Shown here in pieces: positions 45,994 to 53,958 of a stretch of 53,958 nt of DNA. The stretch is from a virus. Taxonomy: Duplodnaviria; Caudoviricetes. The notes below the pieces were generated by a model. It saw nothing but the letters and a program-made list of their open reading frames with translations, was not told where the DNA came from and did not search any database. Position 1 is the stretch's first letter. Every line of letters begins with the position of its first letter. The stretch covers positions 1 through 53,958 of the IMG/VR virus record IMGVR_UViG_3300024429_000008; one strand, 5' to 3'. Made by a program: the position numbers and the translations under genes.

Positions 45994-46607
45994 TTTCGGG
46001 CATTGTGTCGATTCTTCTCATACCAGGAGTCCGAGTAACTTCGGTCTGGCATCCATACACAGGGATAGAATAGGTGTCCCATCATCACTCGTATCATCAT
46101 CTCTCCCAACCTCCGACGGGCGGCTGGCAAGTTGTGCCCTGGAGCGAACCACAACCGGAGACCAAATGCACAGGCTGTCTGGATGAGACGATCCAGAATG
46201 ATCCCTTCGGGTAGTCCCTCCTTTCTCTCATACGCTCGGAACTCGGCCTGGGAGGACTCCACCAGGAGGTACCGCCCACCAGGGTCTCCTGCGGAAGGGG
46301 CAATGCGACACAGCCTCTCGAAGGCTTTGCTTGCCCGCTTCCAGTCCTTGGTAAAGAGGTTTGTATAGATCTCCGAGACCCGGTACTTGCGTTCCCAGGT
46401 GCAGCAACGGTCATGCCGTACCCCTTCCGGAAATTCCAGACAATAGTCTCCCGCGAACAGGGCATCGACCTTCGTGTCAATAATAATCTCATGACTCTTC
46501 CCGGTCCGGTCCGACCACCAAGTCAGTGTCGCTGGGAACAGGACCGGGATCTTCTCCCGGGAATCTATCACTACTGTTAGCTTCTTCGGCACGACGGGCA
46601 ATCTCAC
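45981..46607 (-). CDS. ERCC4/XPF-family nuclease (putative junction resolvase)
   Basis: VIDSRE, GDY, WERK, LLVE. Confidence 0.8.
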   Translation of the reverse strand: MRLPVVPKKLTVVIDSREKIPVLFPATLTWWSDRTGKSHEIIIDTKVDALFAGDYCLEFPEGVRHDRCCTWERKYRVSEIYTNLFTKDWKRASKAFERLCRIAPSAGDPGGRYLLVESSQAEFRAYERKEGLPEGIILDRLIQTACAFGLRLWFAPGHNLPAARRRLGEMMIRVMMGHLFYPCVWMPDRSYSDSWYEKNRHNARNWRS

Positions 46608-46776
46608 GGTCTATCCTTCCTCTCTCAACGAAGATTCTATCCCAGGCATTATGGTAGGCCTTAGTTGGCATCCTCGAGCTTTCTTCGAGATACCGGTCAA
46701 CAAGGGCATCCATCTTCTCCTCGGCCTTCAACGCCATCTGGATCAACTGCTCGTCGCTCGGGTCTTGTAAGTTCAT
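46489..46776 (-). CDS. Hypothetical protein
   Basis: Helical, 95 aa; overlaps the ERCC4 start. Confidence 0.4.
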   Translation of the reverse strand: MNLQDPSDEQLIQMALKAEEKMDALVDRYLEESSRMPTKAYHNAWDRIFVERGRIDREIARRAEEANSSDRFPGEDPGPVPSDTDLVVGPDREES

Positions 46777-46906
46777 CGTCTTTCTCCGGGTCCCAGGTCT
46801 TCAGTTCCTTCTTACCAAACAGGGCCTCGAAGTTCTCGTAATACTTCTCCCGAGATACCTGTCGGGGTCGTGTCCAGTCTCCTTTGGAAAATCCTAACCA
46901 CAACAC
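46697..46906 (-). CDS. Small hypothetical phage protein
   Basis: KGDWTRP..S...Y.ENFEALFGKK resembles a common small phage family; likely GTG start at 46906 after AGGAG. Confidence 0.45.
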   Translation of the reverse strand: MLWLGFSKGDWTRPRQVSREKYYENFEALFGKKELKTWDPEKDDELTRPERRAVDPDGVEGRGEDGCPC

Positions 46907-46917
46907 AATCTTCTCTC

Positions 46918-47157
46918 CTATTGCTGATAATCCAAGTGAGTCCTGACGGACTTCAACTCTCGCCTCCACGCCGTAATCCCAGCAGCGAAGCCTAGGAGGT
47001 ACTCCCGCATCAATTCCTTCTGAGTCATTTTAGTATGCTTAGCCTGCTCCCGGACACATTCCGGGGTGTCTGCTGGGGGATCACTCTTAGCTCCTGCTCC
47101 TCTCTGCCACCCCGTTATGTAGACTTGGATGATACCCTCTTTAGTTCTCTTGGTCAT
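46918..47157 (-). CDS. Hypothetical protein
   Basis: ATG at 47157, just after the phosphoesterase stop. Confidence 0.5.
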   Translation of the reverse strand: MTKRTKEGIIQVYITGWQRGAGAKSDPPADTPECVREQAKHTKMTQKELMREYLLGFAAGITAWRRELKSVRTHLDYQQ

Positions 47158-47161
47158 TTGA

Positions 47162-47962
47162 TTACACGTGCCTCTTCGCAGGGGGTAGGGTCCCAATGAT
47201 TTCCCCTTCGCTGATGACGATTCGTCGCTTTCCCTTATCCAGTACTCGCACAAAGTCCACCTCATATCCACCCTTTTCTGGATACTTTACCATGGCCCAG
47301 CCCTGCTGCCACTGAGGGACCCCGACAATGTATTCCAGATCGAAGTGGCAGAGACAACCGGCTTCGTAGCCCTCATTGAGCTGGTCCCAGCTACGGAAGG
47401 AGATATGGCCCATCTGGTGGGTGTGGCCCATCAAGATGTTACCCTGAACACGTTGGCAGACAGCCCGTGCTCCCATTCCGCCCGCAGTCATGGCCCAGTT
47501 GCACTTGCGAGCCAGATCTCCATGGAGATACCACAATCCCTGTCGGCCCCCGATACGGTAAGGCTTCTCGGGAGTGTAGTATCGGATGTGGAGCTTGTCC
47601 AGGCCCAGCAGTTGGGGAATGCTCAGATTGCGGATGGGAGCCAACTCTTTAGCACGACCCCACAGCATCCGACGGAGACGGTTCTCGTGATTCCCCTCAC
47701 AGAATCGGATGTCACACCCTCTCGGAGCGATGTCCACCATCGCCTCCAGGAACTCTGTCGCCATGTCAATCTCATCCTGGATGTGGACCTTGCGAAGGGG
47801 ATTCTTATCAAACCGGCTCAGTGTGTAGCAATCAATCAGGTCACCCAAGATGTCTATGCCACTGGGCTGTATGCGGTTAATGTCCTTCAACCACAAGGCC
47901 AAAAGACCCTTATCTTGGAAAGGGAAATGAACGTCACTCAGGACCAATCGCACCGTCGTCAT
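47162..47962 (-). CDS. Calcineurin-like metallophosphoesterase
   Basis: SDVH, GDLID, GNHE, HGD, GHTH. Confidence 0.88.
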   Translation of the reverse strand: MTTVRLVLSDVHFPFQDKGLLALWLKDINRIQPSGIDILGDLIDCYTLSRFDKNPLRKVHIQDEIDMATEFLEAMVDIAPRGCDIRFCEGNHENRLRRMLWGRAKELAPIRNLSIPQLLGLDKLHIRYYTPEKPYRIGGRQGLWYLHGDLARKCNWAMTAGGMGARAVCQRVQGNILMGHTHQMGHISFRSWDQLNEGYEAGCLCHFDLEYIVGVPQWQQGWAMVKYPEKGGYEVDFVRVLDKGKRRIVISEGEIIGTLPPAKRHV

Positions 47963-47963
47963 G

Positions 47964-48323
47964 TTATGGCCTCCTCGGTCGGAATAGGGACAAGAAGCTT
48001 TTAAGGCCTTTTATGATGGGTATCCCCAGGGAACGGGCATATTCACACTCCCTATCTGCCCCCGGAGATTTCCCTGGAATCCGCAGGACATAATCAGAAT
48101 CCTTGATGTAGCATTCATCCAGCTCCAGCCACTGCTCATAGGTGATGCGATTGGGCTGCATGAACTCGCAGAACACCGTCAAGTGGGGACAATGAGGGGC
48201 ATAACCCGCTTCGATCAGCGTGAAATGAGCTTCGATAGCCTCGTGAATCTTCTTCATCGAGAAGTTCATCCCTGTGCCGCCCGTCATAGGACCAGCGATG
48301 TAGACTCTCGCCTTTTCCAGCAT
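47964..48323 (-). CDS. DUF4406/DUF1937 nucleoside 2-deoxyribosyltransferase-like protein
   Basis: VYIAGPMTG, PH, SPGADRE..A..LG. Confidence 0.75.
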   Translation of the reverse strand: MLEKARVYIAGPMTGGTGMNFSMKKIHEAIEAHFTLIEAGYAPHCPHLTVFCEFMQPNRITYEQWLELDECYIKDSDYVLRIPGKSPGADRECEYARSLGIPIIKGLKSFLSLFRPRRP

Positions 48324-48369
48324 CGTAAGTTTCTCCTTTCGGTCATTATACCTAAGCTACGTGGCTAGG

Positions 48370-51036
48370 TCAAGTAGCAATTCTCCGAATCTTTACATCA
48401 TAATCCAGTGGTAGCGACCGGCCCAATTCCTCACATAAGGCTCGGTAATATGGGGGGTTTGGCAGAATCCTTTTCAGCAGAGACAGGACGACGGGAAGTT
48501 CACACTCGTGGCATTCAATTGTGGCTGCATCGTACACATTCAGAGGAGTCACAGCCCGCATGTGACGTTGCTTGAAGGCCAATGCCAACTCGAACTGAGC
48601 TGACAGTGTAATGTTCGCGGCGACAGCCTGCACGGGCATGTTGACGATCTCTTTTATCTGGTCCTGTCTCTGCCTCTTGTTCCCTAAGAACAGCCGGGAC
48701 TGACCGACCAGAGGCAGCTCAAAGTAACCGTGCTTCTGGACGAACTCCATCAGTTCATTCTGCCACTTTCTGAGCCCCTGAGCACAACCCCACCAGGTGT
48801 CGATGTCGATCTGGCACTGATCCAAACGACGGGCGATCCCTTCGTCACGCATGAGGGTGGTTTGGTACTGCTTGGCTCCGCCGAGATATATGACCAGAAA
48901 ATTGAGGGTCTTGCCCACCTGGCGGAACCTTTTTCCCGTCTCTTCAGGGAATAACCGATGGGCCGTAGCTAGGTGGAAATCACAGTTCGGTTTGCTGTAC
49001 TCCCCCATCATCCATGGATCATTAGATAGTAAGGCCGCCATGCGGAGTTCAATCTGGGAATAATCGAACCACAGAAGGTACTGGTATCGGGAAGACATGC
49101 ACGCCTTCACCTTGGGAGGGAAGGTCTGGACGGCGGGGCCCTTAGCTACAATACGACACTGCTTTGTTCCCCCACCACTCCCATCTTCCCAATCTGAGGG
49201 AACTGGGTACCATCGGGGGTAAATTGTACTCTCTATGAGTTTGGTGCTTGGATCGTTGTGCTTAGAGCCCCGCCCGACCAGCAATGGATATAAATATCGG
49301 TCGAGGATGCCAGTGACGGTGTGCATAGCCGTAATAGCCCGCAACTGTTTGTAAGGTTCCACGTCGTGAGGGAGGACCGACATCAAAGCATTACGATTCT
49401 CCTCACAATAGCTGATCTCTTGCCGCACGGTGGTCTTTTCCAATGGGGGGACAGGGGCTCCCCCCACTCGACATGCGATAATGGCATTCTTCATCACTTC
49501 TCGCTTGGTCTTTTCACTTCCCTTCCCCCGCAGAGATAGGCCCCAACGGTTCTTGATCCCCGCTTCCAGCTTGCGTAATCTCTCCTCGTAGGATTGCAAT
49601 AATCCTCGCAACTCCGGGGCTGACATTGTGATCCCCGCCTCTTCCATCCAGATAGTCAGCCACAGGAGATCGCTGTACCACTTCCTGTTGAACTCGCTCA
49701 GCTTAGGGGTATCGGCCCCGTATGCGGACGAAATCAAGTCCTCTAAAACCTCTTGTGACCGGAGGGTTGCCGCTGAATCCTGTACATTGTACCGCCACAG
49801 ATCCGGACTCTGCTCGTCTGGGTACTGCCGGAACCCCCCCAGGCGGTACTTCGTCACCCCAAGTAGGGGTGCCAGAGCTTTCAGACTCCTCTCCGGTCGG
49901 CCCTCGTTGTGGAGGTAGTTTGTCACAGTCAAGTCTTGGATAGTCAAAGGGTGATCTAACCACACTCCGCACTCCGGGTATGCGAACCTCAGATACATGA
50001 GATCGAACTTGATGTTCTGGCCGAGGAGGAACTCGAAGTCGTTCCTCTGTGTCCGACATGCTCTTAGCCAGCTCCATAATTTCCTCCTGTGAGTAGAGTC
50101 CGACATCACGAAAATGCAGTGCCTCAACGATCCGCTCAGCTGTCGGTGTGTCAATCCAGTCGTTACACATAAATTTTCCTTTCGTACTTCATCGTAAAGC
50201 ACAGATTTAAGAGGATGGAACTGCGTCTGATTCTGACCTTCCAGAATCCCATAGGTTTCAATATCGAGTGAGAGTTGTCGGATTGGGTAAGAAGGAGGCA
50301 GGGGAGCAACTTCATACTCCATCTCGTCGCCCTTGATTTCGTAGGCCAGGGTTCCCCCCAGGAACCTTTTTAATGTTGAGAGGTGTGCTTCCACAGCTGG
50401 ACCTTTGTTTGGATCCCGCAAGAGGGCAGCCGGGTGATAAGTCGTGAATACTCTACAGGGGGTAGGAAAAGGGGGAGCCGCTGGGTTCGTCAGGTACGGC
50501 CCAACGATCTCCCCCAGAGCGGTAATTGACTTTGGCGTCCTTGCAGTCAGAGCACGAAAGTCCGTGTGCTCTCCTTGTTGGTTGAGGGACTTCTTGAGAG
50601 ACACCCCCAGGATAGACTTGCAGCTTGTGGCCCCAGTTGCCAGAACGATCACCTCTTCATAGCATTTCTGAAGATGGAGGATATCCGCTAGGTAGTACCC
50701 CTGGCACGCCTTGAGCTGGGTCAGGTTCGGAGTCTTGTTCTTAGGGGGACGGCATTTCACGGCGTTGGAGAGGTACACATCTACTTCCTCTGGAAATTGA
50801 AAGTGCTCGATGTAGGCTTTCCTTAGTAGCCCCCCAGCTTTCCCCACCCAGGGGAGGCCCTGCATATCCTCCGTATACCCCGGGGCCTCCCCTATGATGA
50901 ACATACACCGGCTCTTGTCGGTATCTGATGGCTGAACCGGCCAGGGGAGACCCCCATAACGTACCGTCGGTACACACGTGGTGTCACACTGTTCCCATAA
51001 AGGGCAAGCTCGACATTGTGCATTCCGGCAGGACAT
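48370..51036 (-). CDS. polA: Family A DNA polymerase with N-terminal uracil-DNA-glycosylase-like (family 4, Fe-S) domain
   Basis: UDG: CRACPL, IIGEAPG, NAVKCRP, YHPAALLR. Exonuclease: DIET, NIKFD, YNVQD. Polymerase: DYSQIELR, RQVGKTLNF..IY, VYD. Start ATG at 51036 (TAATG overlap). Confidence 0.92.
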   Translation of the reverse strand: MSCRNAQCRACPLWEQCDTTCVPTVRYGGLPWPVQPSDTDKSRCMFIIGEAPGYTEDMQGLPWVGKAGGLLRKAYIEHFQFPEEVDVYLSNAVKCRPPKNKTPNLTQLKACQGYYLADILHLQKCYEEVIVLATGATSCKSILGVSLKKSLNQQGEHTDFRALTARTPKSITALGEIVGPYLTNPAAPPFPTPCRVFTTYHPAALLRDPNKGPAVEAHLSTLKRFLGGTLAYEIKGDEMEYEVAPLPPSYPIRQLSLDIETYGILEGQNQTQFHPLKSVLYDEVRKENLCVTTGLTHRQLSGSLRHCIFVMSDSTHRRKLWSWLRACRTQRNDFEFLLGQNIKFDLMYLRFAYPECGVWLDHPLTIQDLTVTNYLHNEGRPERSLKALAPLLGVTKYRLGGFRQYPDEQSPDLWRYNVQDSAATLRSQEVLEDLISSAYGADTPKLSEFNRKWYSDLLWLTIWMEEAGITMSAPELRGLLQSYEERLRKLEAGIKNRWGLSLRGKGSEKTKREVMKNAIIACRVGGAPVPPLEKTTVRQEISYCEENRNALMSVLPHDVEPYKQLRAITAMHTVTGILDRYLYPLLVGRGSKHNDPSTKLIESTIYPRWYPVPSDWEDGSGGGTKQCRIVAKGPAVQTFPPKVKACMSSRYQYLLWFDYSQIELRMAALLSNDPWMMGEYSKPNCDFHLATAHRLFPEETGKRFRQVGKTLNFLVIYLGGAKQYQTTLMRDEGIARRLDQCQIDIDTWWGCAQGLRKWQNELMEFVQKHGYFELPLVGQSRLFLGNKRQRQDQIKEIVNMPVQAVAANITLSAQFELALAFKQRHMRAVTPLNVYDAATIECHECELPVVLSLLKRILPNPPYYRALCEELGRSLPLDYDVKIRRIAT

Positions 51037-51461
51037 TAGGAATCTTCCTTTGAAGCCTTCTCTATATCTGACTTCAAGATAATCAACCAATGTTCCAGTG
51101 CCTGTACTCGTTCTCTCAAGACTTTCGAGACGCGTCGAACTTTCCAGGGATCATCCCCGGGTGGGGGAGACGGCTCTCGACTCGTCCATTGTCGCTCAGT
51201 GAATAGCTTGGCCTTGCAGGCGACTTCTAGTGCTAGGATCCGCTCTAGGTGGTCATCGCCCCTCTCCTCCTCAATCTCCATCCGCTCGGCGAGACCCTCA
51301 AACCGTATCGTAAGGATCTCCAGTTGCTTCGTTAGGCGACCGAGATTCACCGTCAGGAAGTTGTGACCCTCTTTCAGGAGTTCCAGTTTCTCTGAATCAG
51401 TCTCTGCCCTCATCACTGGCAAATCCTGTCCTGTCTCTGCCACTGGATTCTTTTCAGCCAT
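51036..51461 (-). CDS. Hypothetical coiled-coil protein
   Basis: RBS AAGGAG; coupled to polA. Confidence 0.6.
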   Translation of the reverse strand: MAEKNPVAETGQDLPVMRAETDSEKLELLKEGHNFLTVNLGRLTKQLEILTIRFEGLAERMEIEEERGDDHLERILALEVACKAKLFTERQWTSREPSPPPGDDPWKVRRVSKVLRERVQALEHWLIILKSDIEKASKEDS

Positions 51462-51463
51462 GG

Positions 51464-51706
51464 CTAGCTCCTTCGCGTCCTTACTTCAAATGATTTCCTA
51501 ACGGGAGTAAAGATCAAGGTTATAAGGTCCTCACTATCATGATTACGGTAGCAGCTAATGTGTGCTGCCTCTACAATACCTCCCTTGTCTCGCTGGAGTA
51601 AAGTGATGGACATCCCTCCATCCGCTTGTGTGGGGCCGCCTTTGAGGCGAGTTTTTTGGCCATCAATCTCGACTTCCACCCAAAAATTCCGCACGTTTCT
51701 CGGCAC
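51464..51706 (-). CDS. Hypothetical protein
   Basis: GTG start after AAGGAG; VRNFWVEVEIDG..GGP..DGG. Confidence 0.6.
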   Translation of the reverse strand: MPRNVRNFWVEVEIDGQKTRLKGGPTQADGGMSITLLQRDKGGIVEAAHISCYRNHDSEDLITLIFTPVRKSFEVRTRRS

Positions 51707-51719
51707 AGCTAGCTCCTTT

Positions 51720-51908
51720 CTAGAATCGTCTTACGCCTTCAGGGTTGTCAGTTAATACACAACACGGGATGCCCTCTGTGTTCTTGTAACGCTCTGTCAT
51801 TGCAATGTCATAGTATGGAGAACCCTCTCGGTCATCACAGTTGAAGAACACTACAGAGTAATGTGGAGGGTATTCCTTCAAGGCTTCCTTCAATTCTGCT
51901 ACTGTCAT
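51720..51908 (-). CDS. Small hypothetical protein
   Basis: MTVAELKEALKEYP-type N-terminus; ATG at 51908 after AGGAG. Confidence 0.6.
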   Translation of the reverse strand: MTVAELKEALKEYPPHYSVVFFNCDDREGSPYYDIAMTERYKNTEGIPCCVLTDNPEGVRRF

Positions 51909-51968
51909 ACCAAATGCTCCTATATTCAACAATGGCGGGGCGTCGTGGCTCCGCCGTCTCGACGCAAA

Positions 51969-51997
51969 ATCGTAGGCGACCCGGTGGCGGGAGTCAA
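51969..51997 (-). promoter_or_regulatory. sigma70-type promoter of the replication operon (divergent pair)
   Basis: On the - strand TTGACT-17 bp-TACGAT; A/T tracts lie between the two promoters. Confidence 0.65.
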
Positions 51998-52041
51998 GAA
52001 AAAAAGCAGAAACTTTTTCGTCTTTTTTTCTTATTTTGGGC

Positions 52042-52070
52042 TTGACTTCGGCCTTCGCGGGGCGTATACT
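52042..52070 (+). promoter_or_regulatory. sigma70-type promoter of the paralog operon (divergent pair)
   Basis: TTGACT-17 bp-TATACT; 11-mer at 52077. Confidence 0.8.
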
Positions 52071-52088
52071 AAGGGTGCAGAGACAGGT

Positions 52089-52136
52089 GACCGGGGGAGG
52101 TAATGCAAGACGTTGCACCCCCGGTCCTATTTTTTT
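52089..52136 (+). terminator. Terminator-like hairpin in the 5' leader (possible attenuator)
   Basis: GACCGGGG...TGCAA-GACG-TTGCA...CCCCGGTC followed by T7; flanked by 11-mer copies. Confidence 0.6.
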
Positions 52137-52155
52137 GCAGAGACAGGAGACGAAT

Positions 52156-52737
52156 ATGTCCTTGGATGAGGTAGGGTACACAGGTCGGGACACGACCGAG
52201 AGTTGCGACGACATGACCGGCCTGATGCTCCAGAACCCGCAATCAATGACCCAGGCAGCTGCGGGGCTCGATAGTGCAAGCCTGCCCAGCGAGTCCGCCA
52301 TCGAGATCGAGCAGACCACATATGGCCAGCCATTCATCGCAGCCTACACTGTCATGGCCCATGCAGATGCGGGTGGGGATACTCTTACCATAGCCCTCAT
52401 GGATCCGGCAGGGACGGCAGGGACCCCGAATGGCCCCGCCCCCTTCAAGTTTCAGGTGCTGCGGTGGTGGGTAAAGGCGGGCGACGTTGCGGCGACCCCC
52501 GAAGGTCTGATGACGATCCAACATCTTAGCTCGGCTTCCGCTGCAAGCTCCATGTCAGCACAGTATGATTTGAACTTGGACGCCGATGACGTCGGGTATA
52601 CTGCTGATGGAGCAATTGAGCTAGTAGACCCATATCACATCATTGATACTGGGGAGGGGATCCAGCTATCCGTCGTGCTGGGTGCCAACGAAGAGGCTGA
52701 CTTCGAGATTTACTTCTTGTGCATGAGGGTTCAATAA
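52156..52737 (+). CDS. Putative virion decoration/spike protein, family A copy 1
   Basis: ATG at 52156; shares TG, QNP.SM, YGQ.F, PFKF.VL and CMRV with 53278..53808. Confidence 0.7.
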   Translation: MSLDEVGYTGRDTTESCDDMTGLMLQNPQSMTQAAAGLDSASLPSESAIEIEQTTYGQPFIAAYTVMAHADAGGDTLTIALMDPAGTAGTPNGPAPFKFQVLRWWVKAGDVAATPEGLMTIQHLSSASAASSMSAQYDLNLDADDVGYTADGAIELVDPYHIIDTGEGIQLSVVLGANEEADFEIYFLCMRVQ

Positions 52738-53264
52738 TGGCCGGGTCAAATTACACAATTCACTCTTCGTTGATGGCCCGGGGGGCCGATGATAATAAGG
52801 GTATGAGCGTATCTCCGAAGTTCGCCATGCTAGAAATTGATGGGGATGCTTACGGCAACGGCGTGCTGGCCAACTACCACGAGTTGGTATCCGGCGACGA
52901 CACCGAGGGGACAGGCATAATCGTCCTGTCTCTGCGAGGGATGGTGACAGAAGCCATCGCCCAGGATACCACCCAGATGGTGGCGACTGTCCGAACGAAG
53001 GGGGCAAGCCCCGGGACGATGGGGACAATCACAGCCGCAGACAACCAGCCGGTGGGGGACATCATTGACGGTTCCATCACGGCGTACTGGGGTGAACACA
53101 CGTCCGACGCGGACATCTCGGCCTATTGTGTACCAGCAGGATACGGTTTGGAATGTGCCCTAACCACGGCGGGGTTGGAAACGGACTCATCTGATACCGA
53201 AGGGCGGATTCTGGTACTTGTAGAGTACCTGGTGATTCCGCGTCGAGTTACCGAAAACCAGTAA
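52737..53264 (+). CDS. Putative virion decoration protein
   Basis: TAATG coupling; jelly-roll-like ending GRILVLVEY. Confidence 0.65.
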   Translation: MAGSNYTIHSSLMARGADDNKGMSVSPKFAMLEIDGDAYGNGVLANYHELVSGDDTEGTGIIVLSLRGMVTEAIAQDTTQMVATVRTKGASPGTMGTITAADNQPVGDIIDGSITAYWGEHTSDADISAYCVPAGYGLECALTTAGLETDSSDTEGRILVLVEYLVIPRRVTENQ

Positions 53265-53277
53265 TGGAGATACTGTA

Positions 53278-53808
53278 ATGAGTTTGAAGGAAACTGGAAG
53301 AACGGGATCCGACGTTCAACTGACTGCTGACACAGTCTTTGGGATTGTGACCCAGAATCCGGAGAGTATGCTTCACTCCTTGGCGGGGATGGAGACAGGT
53401 GGCGATGGATCCAAAGCTTACGGGCAGAAGTTCGTGTTGTCCAGCCGGTCGGCCCAGACGGTGAGTGGTACGACTACTATCAACTTCGCCGCCGCGAATT
53501 CTCCCTTCAAATTCCGGGTGCTAGGAGGCCAGGTCATTTGCTTGTCGGATGGGGCCAATCGGACCATGCGGGGCAACGGACGCAGTGCAGTGGTTGTCAC
53601 CCAGGGGGACACATCGACGTTGACTACCCTCCATTGTAGCGGTATGACAGTTGGGGAGACGCGAGAGATTCAACTGAATACCCTAGGTAACGATGTAGTT
53701 GAGGAGGATGGAAGCCTGCGGGTGAGCGTTGTCAGTGTGCTACCAGCTCTGGACAAGGCTTCGACTTGGGAACTAGTGGTAGTGCTTGACTGCATGAGAG
53801 TCATCTAG
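53278..53808 (+). CDS. Putative virion decoration/spike protein, family A copy 2
   Basis: Paralog of 52156..52737. Confidence 0.7.
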   Translation: MSLKETGRTGSDVQLTADTVFGIVTQNPESMLHSLAGMETGGDGSKAYGQKFVLSSRSAQTVSGTTTINFAAANSPFKFRVLGGQVICLSDGANRTMRGNGRSAVVVTQGDTSTLTTLHCSGMTVGETREIQLNTLGNDVVEEDGSLRVSVVSVLPALDKASTWELVVVLDCMRVI

Positions 53809-53817
53809 GAGAACACG

Positions 53818-53958
53818 ATGTACGGTAGAGGTGTAAAAAGAGGATTCCTGCGAGGGCGTCTCGAACTGACCTGGGTTGGTGGTGAGCGAGGCATCCCCTC
53901 CGGCAACGCGGATATCCTGAATGCAACTGAAGCGACCCGCATGACAGCAGATCCGGAC
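53818..53958 (+). CDS. 5' part of beta-sandwich paralog 1 (continues at base 3)
   Basis: RBS AGGAG; MYGRG...WVGGERG.P...ATRMTADPD matches the N-termini of the 594 and 1354 paralogs. Confidence 0.75.
   Translation, partial: MYGRGVKRGFLRGRLELTWVGGERGIPSGNADILNATEATRMTADPD

Larger units (their letters stand above)
1397..52935. repeat. Dispersed 11-bp motif GCAGAGACAGG / CCTGTCTCTGC, at least 36 perfect copies
   Basis: + copies start at 1397, 2734, 3765, 8391, 9082, 10448, 11575, 11802, 14782, 24388, 24529, 33586, 36743, 40969, 43991, 45694, 48477, 52077, 52137. - copies start at 2579, 3808, 12352, 13281, 13711, 16058, 18938, 22781, 24857, 29096, 32025, 36487, 41327, 42699, 48663, 51430, 52925. 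Counted by eye. Confidence 0.95.

Noticed and set aside
1397-52935. 11-mer as a Nextera/Tn5 adapter artefact (its core AGAGACAG equals the 3' end of the Tn5 mosaic end)
   Set aside because: The flanks are consistently GC...G rather than TATA, copies sit in frame within conserved protein segments without breaking them, and one fits exactly in a 17-bp promoter spacer. A read-level check is still advisable.
1397-52935. 11-mer copies as a CRISPR array or as classical stoperators
   Set aside because: They are too short and irregularly spaced for CRISPR, no cas operon is present, and they show no orientation bias relative to transcription.

Overview
The window looks like an essentially complete circular (or circularly permuted) ~53.96-kb tailed-phage genome, probably podovirus-like, from a bacterial host that uses sigma70-type promoters. 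The last ORF reads in frame into the first bases once a 2-nt overlap is removed. The + strand carries a paralog array of putative virion beta-sandwich proteins, an early region, a D5/SF3 helicase, terminase, portal, HNH, scaffold, major capsid, tail and large ejection-type proteins. The - strand (40.6-51.9 kb) carries a replication/recombination module: UDG-PolA fusion, metallophosphoesterase, ERCC4 nuclease, dNTP diphosphohydrolase, PD-(D/E)XK nuclease, Sak4-like ATPase, SSB and GroES. Two things stand out. (1) An apparently complete phage-encoded ubiquitin-like conjugation operon (Ubl, E1/ThiF, JAB peptidase, putative E2 fused to a Cys-rich zinc-finger array) sits behind its own promoter and is bracketed by 22-bp direct repeats. 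(2) An 11-bp non-palindromic motif, GCAGAGACAGG, occurs in at least 36 perfect copies on both strands, in promoters, at transcript starts, before RBSs, after terminators and inside genes. No integrase, CI-type repressor, primase, endolysin, tRNA or CRISPR array was recognised. All assignments come from reading motifs by eye; no database searches were run.
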